Part shown: positions 9,948 to 17,402 of the stretch, piece after piece
How positions within the stretch are numbered: position 1 is the first letter of the stretch
Layout: the number at the start of each line of letters is the position of its first letter
Source of the DNA: Vibrio vulnificus CMCP6
GTDB lineage: Bacteria > Pseudomonadota > Gammaproteobacteria > Enterobacterales > Vibrionaceae
Assembly: GCF_000039765.1 (NCBI RefSeq)
Contig: NC_004459.3
Location: 2,956,104-2,988,103 of the forward strand
Length of the DNA: 32,000 bases
Reading direction: 5' to 3'
Made by a program: the position numbers and the translations under genes
Notes under the pieces: generated by a model
The model's database searches: none
What the model was told of the DNA's origin: nothing
The model's input: the letters and a program-made list of their open reading frames with translations, nothing else

Positions 9948-10127
9948 TTACATGCCGTGAGCACCTGGAGGTCCGAAGAAGAAAACTTGCAACATCCAAA
10001 CGATGAAGCCATATCCACCAACGAACGCCACACTCAAGATTGGAAAGAGGACGACGGTAATGAAGAGGAAAGATTTCCACTCCAATGAGCGCTTTTCAGC
10101 ACTCTCAATTTTGTTAACATCACTCAT
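9948..10127 (-). CDS. torE: TorE / NapE-family small membrane protein
   Basis: I trimmed the 81-aa ORF to ATG 10127 (MSDVNKIESAEKRSLEWKSFLFITVVLFPILSVAFVGGYGFIVWM..., 59 aa). It has one TM helix and the position of torE in torECA(D) operons of Shewanella and Vibrio. Confidence 0.8.
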   Translation of the reverse strand: MSDVNKIESAEKRSLEWKSFLFITVVLFPILSVAFVGGYGFIVWMLQVFFFGPPGAHGM

Positions 10128-10312
10128 ACATTTGCCTATTTTGTATTTAGTAATTTCAGTTGCCCCACCCCAACAGGATGAAACTTTTAACACTATCTAA
10201 TGCAAAATGTTAGACCATACACAATGTGTGGTTCAATCAATTCCCTACGCCCTACCCTTGTTATTCAACACTTTTTTGAGCTCATCCAGAGATGTGTCGG
10301 ATTGATATTTCA

Positions 10313-10342
10313 TGTGTAAATTTGTGAATAGATGTGAAGAAA
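10313..10342 (-). promoter_or_regulatory. Candidate TorR-binding tor boxes (three tandem decamers)
   Basis: Plus strand reads TGTGTAAATT TGTGAATAGA TGTGAAGAAA. Minus strand reads TTTCTTCACA TCTATTCACA AATTTACACA, which contains TTCACA-N4-TTCACA. The site lies about 190-215 bp upstream of torE. A further TGTG decamer start at 10293 keeps the 10-bp phase. Confidence 0.45.
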
Positions 10343-10705
10343 TAAGTCTTTTGCATTATTGTTAAAAACAAAACAACCACGTAACATAAATGCTAGCAGA
10401 GTGACATTTTTTGGCTGGACTGATTCTTATTCTCTCACAAATAAAACAATCCGCATGATGATTATGTGATTTTACTGTTACCGTAATGTGAATACCAAAG
10501 GAGCAAAATAGCAGTCTAAAGTGGCCCTCTTAACGCAAAAACCGTTCAACATTTCAGCAAACAAGCAACTCAAGAAATACATACGCTGCGACTCACCGTT
10601 CGTGATTTACGCAGTGTGACTTCTGACAAGAAAACGAATCAGACGCCTTCCCATATCACCTCAGATTCGTTTCAATTCCGATATGACCAATGGAAAGAGA
10701 TGGGT

Positions 10706-11500
10706 ATGGAATCGGTTATTGATCTCACTTGGGGGGCACTCTTAGCGTTTTCCAGCCTCCTTGTTATCCCGCTAATCATTAGCCACTGCTATCAGCTGGC
10801 GATCGCGAAAGAAGCACTGCTGAGTGTTGGCCGCATGGCACTGCAACTGATTTTAGTGGGCTTCTATTTGGAGTACCTGTTTACTCTGAATGACTGGCGC
10901 ATCAATGTGCTTTGGTTATTGGTGATGCTCTCTGTCGGCGCTTCTTCCATTGTCAGCAAAGCCCACTTGCCACAAAGTCAGCTACTCTTTCCTACCTTAT
11001 TCGGGCTCGCTGGAGGTATGTTGCCAATACTCTCAGTGTTACTTGTTGGCATCATCGTGCCAACACCTTGGTATCACACACAATATATGATTCCTTTGGC
11101 TGGTATGCTGCTGGGCAACAGCTTAAGTGGCAATATTGTCGCTTTGCAAAATCTGTTTGATTGCTATCGTAATCGAAGAAATGAATACGAAGCTGCGATC
11201 GCCCTCGGTGCGTCGCCACGTTATGCGTCACTTCTGTTTGTTAGGCAAGCGATGCAAAAATCTTTTGCTCCTATTCTTGCCTCAATGGCGGCGACAGGGC
11301 TGGTCACATTACCTGGCATGATGACAGGACAAATCTTGGGGGGCGCAAGTCCGATGGTGGCGATTAAATATCAACTGATCATTATGATCGCGATTTTTGT
11401 CACCCTCACCCTTTCTGTTGTCATCACTTTAGAACTGGTGCTACATCGCTGTTTAGATAGAAATGGGCGAGTGAAAATAAACACACTGGATACAAAATGA
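10706..11500 (+). CDS. fetB: FetB/YbbM (UPF0014) family ABC-type iron-export permease homologue
   Basis: The ORF track starts at GTG 10616. ATG 10706 is preceded by GGAAAGAG and gives MESVIDLTWGALLAF...SVGRMALQLILVGFYLEYLF, colinear with the N-terminus of E. coli FetB as I recall it. About 264 aa, multi-TM. Confidence 0.7.
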   Translation: MESVIDLTWGALLAFSSLLVIPLIISHCYQLAIAKEALLSVGRMALQLILVGFYLEYLFTLNDWRINVLWLLVMLSVGASSIVSKAHLPQSQLLFPTLFGLAGGMLPILSVLLVGIIVPTPWYHTQYMIPLAGMLLGNSLSGNIVALQNLFDCYRNRRNEYEAAIALGASPRYASLLFVRQAMQKSFAPILASMAATGLVTLPGMMTGQILGGASPMVAIKYQLIIMIAIFVTLTLSVVITLELVLHRCLDRNGRVKINTLDTK

Positions 11501-11578
11501 GCAGTTCACTCTCTTTTTCTAACCACCTCTTTTCTAATCACTTTTAGCCGAAGCGAGATACCCACGAACTTTACGACA

Positions 11579-11605
11579 GGTTATCCACAGAAAATGTGGA
11601 TAACC
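11579..11605. promoter_or_regulatory. Perfect inverted pair of consensus DnaA boxes
   Basis: GGTTATCCACA gaaaa TGTGGATAACC. Each arm contains TTATCCACA, which matches TTATNCACA. The palindrome lies in a 418-bp gap with no ORF of 60 aa or more. The sequence is certain; the function is not. Confidence 0.4.
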
Positions 11606-11851
11606 TCGTTCAGCGCCCATCGGTCGGTGTCTTAAAAACGCAGGAAGATCGTCACACGGCCGTCATGATTGAGACGTAACTTGCCTATAAAGCATCCAAT
11701 GGAGAGGAAGAATATGGAGTATTCACAGCAATAGCACGATGAGCTGGAGCAAGATTGTCGAGAATGGTTAATTGATAAGCCCTTTGAATTGCCTCCGCAA
11801 CCAACCGAGTTCTCATCAAACCCAAGTGATTTCTAAAGAGTATGAAAAACG

Positions 11852-11879
11852 AAAAAAGCAGACTTAACGTCTGCTTTTT
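11852..11879. terminator. Bidirectional rho-independent terminator
   Basis: AAAAAAGCAGAC (11852-11863) ttaac GTCTGCTTTTT (11869-11879). There is a T-run on both strands. It lies 40 nt downstream of the focA-like stop (minus strand) and 350 nt downstream of fetB (plus strand). Confidence 0.75.
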
Positions 11880-11918
11880 AGTTATCTAAGAATCGCAGTG
11901 AATAGTGTCACTCAGCGA

Positions 11919-12761
11919 TTAATCGCGCAGGTAGATTAACCAATACCACATGCCAACAAACACACCACCACCGATGATATTACCAAGCGTAACCGGCAGT
12001 AGGTTATTCAGCAGAAAGTCCATCATGTTCAGGTCGGCGTAATCGGCAATGTTTGCCCCCGTCATTTGCCAAAATTCAGCTGGGGCAAAGTTTTTGATAC
12101 CAATCGCCATCGGCACTTGGAACATATTGGCTATACAGTGCTCAAAACCTGCCGAGACAAACATCGCAACAGGTAGAATCATCACGGCAATTTTATCCGT
12201 TAGTGTACGGCCGCTGAACGTCATCCACACTGCGATACAAACCAGCACATTACACATGATGCCCAAAGCTACGGCAGAGAAAAAGCTGTGGTGCATCTTA
12301 TGTTGTGAAATCGCCATCGCGTTTAGGCCAACCTGTCCATGGTCAAACATGTACTGCTTAGTGATCAACATGCAAACCACCAGCAAAATGGCGCCAACCA
12401 AGTTACCGACATAAACCACAAACCAGTTTTTGATCAGAACACGCCAGGAGATTTTACCGCTGGCACGTGCAACTAAGGTCAGCACTGAACTCGTAAACAG
12501 TTCACCACCAGTCACAACAACAAGGATCAAGCCTAAGCTAAATGCTAGGCCACCGATCAGGCGTGTTATTCCCCAAGGCAAGTCCGCCCCACCAGTTGTT
12601 ACCGTGGTATAAAAAACGAAGGCAATACCGATATGGATACCCGCTGAAATAGCAAGTAAAAATGATTTAACCGGGTCCTTGGTCGCTTTCCCTTCACCGA
12701 TCTCTGCCGCTCTTTCCGCGGCCTGTGGTGGTAATAGCGAGTCAAATTGATTGAAGTTCAT
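11919..12761 (-). CDS. focA: Formate/nitrite transporter family channel, FocA-like
   Basis: 280 aa, colinear with E. coli FocA as I recall it. Matching stretches include LLPP..A...AE.G..KATK.P.K.F.LAI.AG..I.IAFVFY, GFEH.IANMF and ...NIIGGG..VG..YW.IYLR. Confidence 0.8.
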   Translation of the reverse strand: MNFNQFDSLLPPQAAERAAEIGEGKATKDPVKSFLLAISAGIHIGIAFVFYTTVTTGGADLPWGITRLIGGLAFSLGLILVVVTGGELFTSSVLTLVARASGKISWRVLIKNWFVVYVGNLVGAILLVVCMLITKQYMFDHGQVGLNAMAISQHKMHHSFFSAVALGIMCNVLVCIAVWMTFSGRTLTDKIAVMILPVAMFVSAGFEHCIANMFQVPMAIGIKNFAPAEFWQMTGANIADYADLNMMDFLLNNLLPVTLGNIIGGGVFVGMWYWLIYLRD

Positions 12762-13003
12762 TGCAGGTTAACATTTGGAAACAATTTCGAGTGGCGCGGA
12801 TAATCTCTCCTTTTCCAGAGTTTTTCAAGGGGTATTTTTTATGTTTACAAAAAATGTTGTTTTAGTGAGTTGAAATGAAAAACCAGGTTGCGACAACCTA
12901 TTAGCATCTTCTGCTTTCAGTTTCTGTGCTGACGTTAAAAACGGCTCACCAATACGCCAGCGAGACACCGATATTCAAACGTGCTTTCGCAAACCGAAGA
13001 AAC

Positions 13004-13032
13004 AAAAATGCCTCATATGGTTGAGGCATTTT
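13004..13032 (-). terminator. Rho-independent terminator after the lipoprotein gene
   Basis: ATGCCTCA (13008-13015) / TGAGGCAT (13022-13029), with A5 on the left and T-run on the right (U-runs on either strand). It lies 30 nt beyond the stop at 13062. Confidence 0.65.
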
Positions 13033-13061
13033 CTAGGATTAGTGTTAGCGAAGCTCTGAGG

Positions 13062-14447
13062 TTATTCTGCTGCATTCTCTGGCTGCGTTTCTGGCGCTGC
13101 GGTTTCGCTACTCGCCTCAACGTCGCTTGCTGCTTCTTCAGTTTCAATCGCTTCGGCTTTAGGGGCTGCCTCTTCTACTTGAGGAGCTTGCTCTTCTAAT
13201 GCTGTCCCCTCTTGCACTGGATCTGCCTGTTCCACAGTAGACGCAGGCTGATCTTTTGCCGCTAACTGAAGTTTCAGATTCGCGACCAACTCTTCCAAAC
13301 TCTTGATATGCGCAGCTTCGCGTTCAATGTGGGCATTTAACGCCAGCTCACGTTGATTGGCTTTTTCCAATGCTGTTTTTTGCTCAGCCGACTTGGTTTC
13401 GAGCACTTTCACTTTACTGTTAAGCTCTGTCACCTGCTGAGACAAATCGGTGGTTTTGTTTGCTTCGTGCATGCGTTTCACGCTTGCAAGAATCTTCTCG
13501 CTTTGCTCTCTTAGCATCACATCACGGTAATCAGAACCATCGACTGCTTTAGAGATGGCGAGCAACTTGTTTTCAATTTCTAAAACTGAGTTTTCAAAAG
13601 CATCGTCTTCGACAGAAGCCAACAGTTTCACCTGATGCGTGACTTGCTTAACGTGTTCGATCTCAAACTGAGCGTTCGCCACTGCCAACTCAATTGCGGC
13701 TTTATCACGAGGATTGGTTTGAGCAATGTTTGCTGCAATATTAATAACGTTTTCCGCCGTGGCAAAACTCACTGGCGCAACTTCATTAAAATCTTCTTTC
13801 TTTAGGGTTTTCAGCTCTTGTTGAAGCGGTAGAATAAACGTTTTGTGCACTACCTTCACCTCAAGCTGTTTCGCGGTATTGAGGAAAACAACTTGTTTCT
13901 CTTGCGCTTCTTCTAGCTCATCAACCACAACGTAAGAAAATAGCTTCTTATACTGAGAAAGCACCTTGTTGTAATCATTCGCGTAGAGTTTCGCAGCATT
14001 GATCTCTGCTAGGTAATCCATCTGAGCAATAGAATCTGCCAGGATCACGTCCGCTTTCGCTTTCAGTTTTTCTAACGCTGCGAAATTTTGATCCACTAAC
14101 TTAATTTGCTCTTGATACGCTTGCGCATAGGTGTCAGAAGAAAATAGAGAGTAGCTTTTCGATGCTAGAGAAGGATCTTTTTCCAGTTTTGTGTAGATCT
14201 CACTGGCTTCTTTCCAAGCCGATGTTAAATCTTTGAAGTTTTCCGGTGCGTAGATCGCCAGCTTCCCGCTGTCTTGTAGAGCTTGAGACCATTGTTGATG
14301 CGATTGTTGAATGCCAACAAACGGCGTGCTCGCATTTTCAGCGACTTCGTTTGTCACCTCTTGGGTGAGTTTTTCTTCTGGCGTAGACTGACAACCCACA
14401 ATGGAGAGCATCATTGATGCCGCCAGTGCCAACTTCATTTTATTCAT
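13062..14447 (-). CDS. Coiled-coil lipoprotein with acidic Glu/Ala/Pro-rich C-terminal tail (function unknown)
   Basis: Lipobox MNKMKLALAASMMLSIVG|CQS, then about 380 aa of heptad-like helical sequence. It ends in a low-complexity acidic tail (PVQEGTALEEQAPQVEEAAPKAEAIETEEAASDVEASSETAAPETQPENAAE). Confidence 0.7.
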   Translation of the reverse strand: MNKMKLALAASMMLSIVGCQSTPEEKLTQEVTNEVAENASTPFVGIQQSHQQWSQALQDSGKLAIYAPENFKDLTSAWKEASEIYTKLEKDPSLASKSYSLFSSDTYAQAYQEQIKLVDQNFAALEKLKAKADVILADSIAQMDYLAEINAAKLYANDYNKVLSQYKKLFSYVVVDELEEAQEKQVVFLNTAKQLEVKVVHKTFILPLQQELKTLKKEDFNEVAPVSFATAENVINIAANIAQTNPRDKAAIELAVANAQFEIEHVKQVTHQVKLLASVEDDAFENSVLEIENKLLAISKAVDGSDYRDVMLREQSEKILASVKRMHEANKTTDLSQQVTELNSKVKVLETKSAEQKTALEKANQRELALNAHIEREAAHIKSLEELVANLKLQLAAKDQPASTVEQADPVQEGTALEEQAPQVEEAAPKAEAIETEEAASDVEASSETAAPETQPENAAE

Positions 14448-14806
14448 TCTGTTACCCTTTATGTCTTAGCTCATTGACGCGCAAGCATTTTTCGTCCCCC
14501 CTTCGCATCAACAGCCAAAAGGCTAAACGTGAAGAAATGGAGTACTCGCAAAAATATCATTACAAACGAGCGTTTTCTTACGCTCTGTTATCTCGAATAG
14601 ACACGTAAATATATTATAAAAGTCTTAATAATGATATGTGGCATTGGTTAGATGAATAATAAAACAGCGTTTCTTATCAATCACTTCGATAGAAAGAGAG
14701 AAGAATTTGCGAATTTACCGACTGGCTAACAATTCTCGCTCTTTATGATTGTAACTATTGCCTAAGCGTACTAAGTTGAAGCGGAAAGATTTGTCGGAGT
14801 ATGAGT

Positions 14807-15040
14807 ATGAAATTTACAGAAGAACACTTAGCTGAAATGAACCTATTGCTACAATTTGACTTGAGTAGCGCTGCCACAGGGATAAAAGTGCACAAAGATG
14901 CGGCAGAATCGGCTCAGGCCGCGGTAAAACGTTTATTTGATAAGGGCCTATGTACTCAAATCGACGGAGGCTACCTCACTGACGAAGGTATTGAAGTAGC
15001 AGAGCACGCAGAAAAAACATTGAGAGTATTAAGCGCATAA
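14807..15040 (+). CDS. Small conserved hypothetical protein (TIGR02647-like, about 77 aa)
   Basis: The ORF track starts at ATG 14801. ATG 14807 has better spacing from GGAG (14796-14799). The sequence MKFTEEHLAEMNLLLQFDLSSAATGIKVH... matches my recollection of a small gammaproteobacterial family. It is followed by a strong terminator. Confidence 0.5.
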   Translation: MKFTEEHLAEMNLLLQFDLSSAATGIKVHKDAAESAQAAVKRLFDKGLCTQIDGGYLTDEGIEVAEHAEKTLRVLSA

Positions 15041-15067
15041 TGCTTTAGCGCAACTGACTGAGAATAA

Positions 15068-15110
15068 TAAAGACTCGCTTTTGGTTTATTCAAAAGCGAG
15101 TCTTTTTGTT
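15068..15110. terminator. Strong hairpin terminator between convergent genes
   Basis: AAAGACTCGCTTTT (15068-15081) / AAAAGCGAGTCTTT (15091-15104), a 14-bp perfect stem. It is followed by TTGTTT on the plus strand and a T-rich run on the minus strand. Confidence 0.75.
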
Positions 15111-15178
15111 TCTCTAGCTAGGTGACGGAGCGTGCTAACAACACACTGTTGAATATTGCGAGCCCCGCAGAGCATTGT

Positions 15179-15604
15179 CTAGCGAGAAAATAAGGCATTC
15201 ACCCGTTGATAGGGTTGAACGCGGTCATAAAACCAATTAAACCCCGTCGCGTAAAATAGGAAAAAGAGCAAAAACCCCGCTTCCAGTAGCAAGGCTTGTA
15301 ATAACGAGATGCTAAGGAACCAAGAGATCACTGGAATGGTAATGAAGATGAGCCCTCCCTCAAATCCGAGCGTATGCAAAAGACGCATTTTTAATCCTCT
15401 CTCTGCTCGATTTGCACCAAACCATTGATCAAAATATTGGTTATAGATGTAATTCCAAATGACGGTAAAGATACTCAGCCCAATCCCGACAATAGCCAGT
15501 GCCGAAGCCCCTTTGCCAGTTATCAAAGATGTCGCTGGTACAATAATCGCCAATGCCAAAAGTTCAAACGCCACGGCATGAAAAAGTCGTTCACCTTGTG
15601 TCAT
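15179..15604 (-). CDS. PACE-family (AceI-like, two BTP domains) efflux transporter
   Basis: 141 aa from ATG 15604 (AAGAGG SD 6 nt upstream; the track's GTG 15607 is too close to it). Both halves show BTP signatures: ERLFHAVAFE / MRLLHTLGFE (R-x-x-H-x-x-x-F-E) and WNYIYNQYFD / FNWFYDRV. There are four TM helices. Confidence 0.8.
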   Translation of the reverse strand: MTQGERLFHAVAFELLALAIIVPATSLITGKGASALAIVGIGLSIFTVIWNYIYNQYFDQWFGANRAERGLKMRLLHTLGFEGGLIFITIPVISWFLSISLLQALLLEAGFLLFFLFYATGFNWFYDRVQPYQRVNALFSR

Positions 15605-15642
15605 CACAAAACCTCTTACTGATGCTTTTCAATCACACACAT

Positions 15643-15683
15643 TCTATCTACCATTAAGATAGATAAAAGTTAGATACCATCTA
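15643..15683. promoter_or_regulatory. Two palindromic ATCTA/TAGAT operators in the divergent PACE-LysR promoter (candidate LTTR sites)
   Basis: TCTATCT-N7-AGATAGA (15643-15663) contains a T-N11-A core. TAGAT-acc-ATCTA follows at 15671-15683. Both lie inside the 89-bp intergenic region. Confidence 0.5.
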
Positions 15684-15693
15684 TAAAAGCGAT

Positions 15694-16569
15694 ATGTTTA
15701 CTATCGAGCAACTACAAGCATTCGTCACTACCTCAGAAAAAGGCTCCTTTTCTGCCGCTGCTAGGGCGCTTGGTAAAGCGCAATCGGTCATCAGCCAACA
15801 TATTATGAATATGGAGCTTGATTGCGGGGTGGCTCTTTTTGATCGCACAGGGCGATACCCTGTACTCAATTCATCAGGTTTAGCACTTCTCCCTTACGCA
15901 AAAGCAACTCTGGAACAGTTGAAGAGATTCTCTAATAAAGCCAGTTCGCTATTTGAACCGCGCGCGTCGCAACTGATTCTTGCCGTCGACGAAGGTGTAC
16001 CGCTTTTAACGTTGCCACACGTTTTTCGTACCTTGGAGGCGTCATTTCCAGAGCTACAAATCGAGTGTTTAACGGCTTCAAGCCCCGATATTATTGAGTT
16101 GGTGGAATCTGGGCGCGCGACTACCGGCATCATTTTGAGTGAAACCGTACTGCCATCGACCATCGATTTTTCGAGCTTAGGCGCGGTTGCTTTTGATGTG
16201 TTCGTGTCCACTGAACATCCTTTGGCTTCGATGTCATTAACGCATAGCGACCAACTCAAGCTGCATCGGCAATTGGTCATACGATCTAAGAACGCTCAGT
16301 TCAGCTCCCTGAATCAAGCCTTTGGCCCAGACGTTTGGTACGCTGATAACTATTTTATGCTGTTAGAGATGGCAAAAGCGGGCTTCGGCTGGTGTCTGTT
16401 ACCAGAACACCTTATCGGCGCAGAACAACACGGCTTGGTGAAAATACAAAATCCTCAGTTGCAATTTGGCTGGCAAGCCAATATCGATGTGATACAACAT
16501 CAGAAATGGCACTCTGATCCAGTGCATTTGGAAACGCGTAGATTGCTGCGTAACTTATTTGGGAAATAG
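15694..16569 (+). CDS. LysR-family transcriptional regulator (AceR-like position, divergent from the PACE gene)
   Basis: N-terminal wHTH (FTIEQLQAFVTTSEKGSFSAAARALGKAQSVISQHIMNMELDCGVALFDRTGR) plus an approximately 200-aa LysR substrate-binding domain. 291 aa. Confidence 0.9.
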   Translation: MFTIEQLQAFVTTSEKGSFSAAARALGKAQSVISQHIMNMELDCGVALFDRTGRYPVLNSSGLALLPYAKATLEQLKRFSNKASSLFEPRASQLILAVDEGVPLLTLPHVFRTLEASFPELQIECLTASSPDIIELVESGRATTGIILSETVLPSTIDFSSLGAVAFDVFVSTEHPLASMSLTHSDQLKLHRQLVIRSKNAQFSSLNQAFGPDVWYADNYFMLLEMAKAGFGWCLLPEHLIGAEQHGLVKIQNPQLQFGWQANIDVIQHQKWHSDPVHLETRRLLRNLFGK

Positions 16570-16571
16570 CG

Positions 16572-17402
16572 ATGAAAAAGATATTAATCATTGGAGCCGG
16601 TTGGCTGGGTTTACCTTTTGCTCAACAATTGTCCGCGTTAAAACATCAGGCGATTGTCACTCGACGCTCTACAGACAGCCTTCGTGAAGTCCCTTTGGCG
16701 CAAGAAAGCAAAGCCGTACTCGATCTCGCCAATGATGACGCCGTAAAGAAGGTGCGAGAGCTCGTAGACAACAATGCCATCGATATTGTTGTTGGCAGTT
16801 TCCCCCCCGGCTTTCGAAAAGGTAGCGGTGAAGAATATGCCCATCAGTGGCAAAAAATCATCGATGGCATCAAGGATAGCGCGGTACAAAAAGTCATTAT
16901 GGTCAGCTCGACGACGGTTTACCCAAATCAACCCGTCGAGATGAGGGAAGACGACGCAACACTCGCTAAGGCAAACAGCGAGAGCGACTTATTCAGTGAC
17001 AAAGCACGCGTGATGTTGCAAGCAGAGCAATCACTGCTAGATTCAGGCAAAAACTTTACCATCTTACGGTTGAGCGGGCTCTTTGGGCCTCATCGCCACC
17101 CAGCCCGCTTCGTCCCTCACCTAAAACAAATTAGCAGCCGTGCGCCCGCTAACATGCTTCATCTTGACGATGCAATCAATGCACTTTTGTTTGCGCTTAG
17201 TGCTGTCGACCAGCAAGTGCTCAACGTATCAACGCCAACGACGGTCGATAAAGCGACCTTCTATCAAGCCGCGCTTGAATCTGCACAATTCGACATTGAT
17301 TTCCCACCCGTTGTCGCCGTTGAAGACAAACGTATTGTGGTGGATAAGTTGCTGCAATCGGGTTTTCAATTTCAATATCAATCAACGCTGGATGCTTTAT
17401 GA
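16572..17402 (+). CDS. NAD(P)-binding Rossmann-fold protein, YeeZ-like (atypical SDR/epimerase family)
   Basis: MKKILIIGAGWLGLPFAQQL (GxGxxG), ILRLSGLFGPHRHPARF and C-terminal GFQFQYQS resemble E. coli YeeZ as I recall it. The start is 2 nt after the LysR stop, implying co-transcription. Confidence 0.7.
   Translation: MKKILIIGAGWLGLPFAQQLSALKHQAIVTRRSTDSLREVPLAQESKAVLDLANDDAVKKVRELVDNNAIDIVVGSFPPGFRKGSGEEYAHQWQKIIDGIKDSAVQKVIMVSSTTVYPNQPVEMREDDATLAKANSESDLFSDKARVMLQAEQSLLDSGKNFTILRLSGLFGPHRHPARFVPHLKQISSRAPANMLHLDDAINALLFALSAVDQQVLNVSTPTTVDKATFYQAALESAQFDIDFPPVVAVEDKRIVVDKLLQSGFQFQYQSTLDAL

Noticed and set aside
10453-10471. Fur-box-like AT-rich sequence (catgatgattatgtgat) upstream of the FetB-like gene
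   Set aside because: It matches roughly half of the 19-bp Fur consensus by eye, which is too weak to call without a scoring matrix.
11640-11760. Cluster of GGA motifs suggesting a CsrB-like sRNA; also considered the Vibrio crtS site
   Set aside because: There are only about five GGA motifs and no evident repeated hairpin-loop presentation. As I recall, crtS lies in a different, conserved neighbourhood, and I cannot match its sequence from memory. This is not supportable without a covariance-model search.
11685-11816. 43-aa minus-strand ORF (MRTRLVAEAIQRAY...) in the ORF-free gap
   Set aside because: It has no SD, lies downstream of the focA-like terminator and has no recognisable motif. It is probably spurious.
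12981-13199. 72-aa plus-strand ORF spanning the terminator and the 3' end of the lipoprotein gene
   Set aside because: It runs through the terminator hairpin and is antisense to the low-complexity acidic tail of the lipoprotein. It is a compositional artefact.
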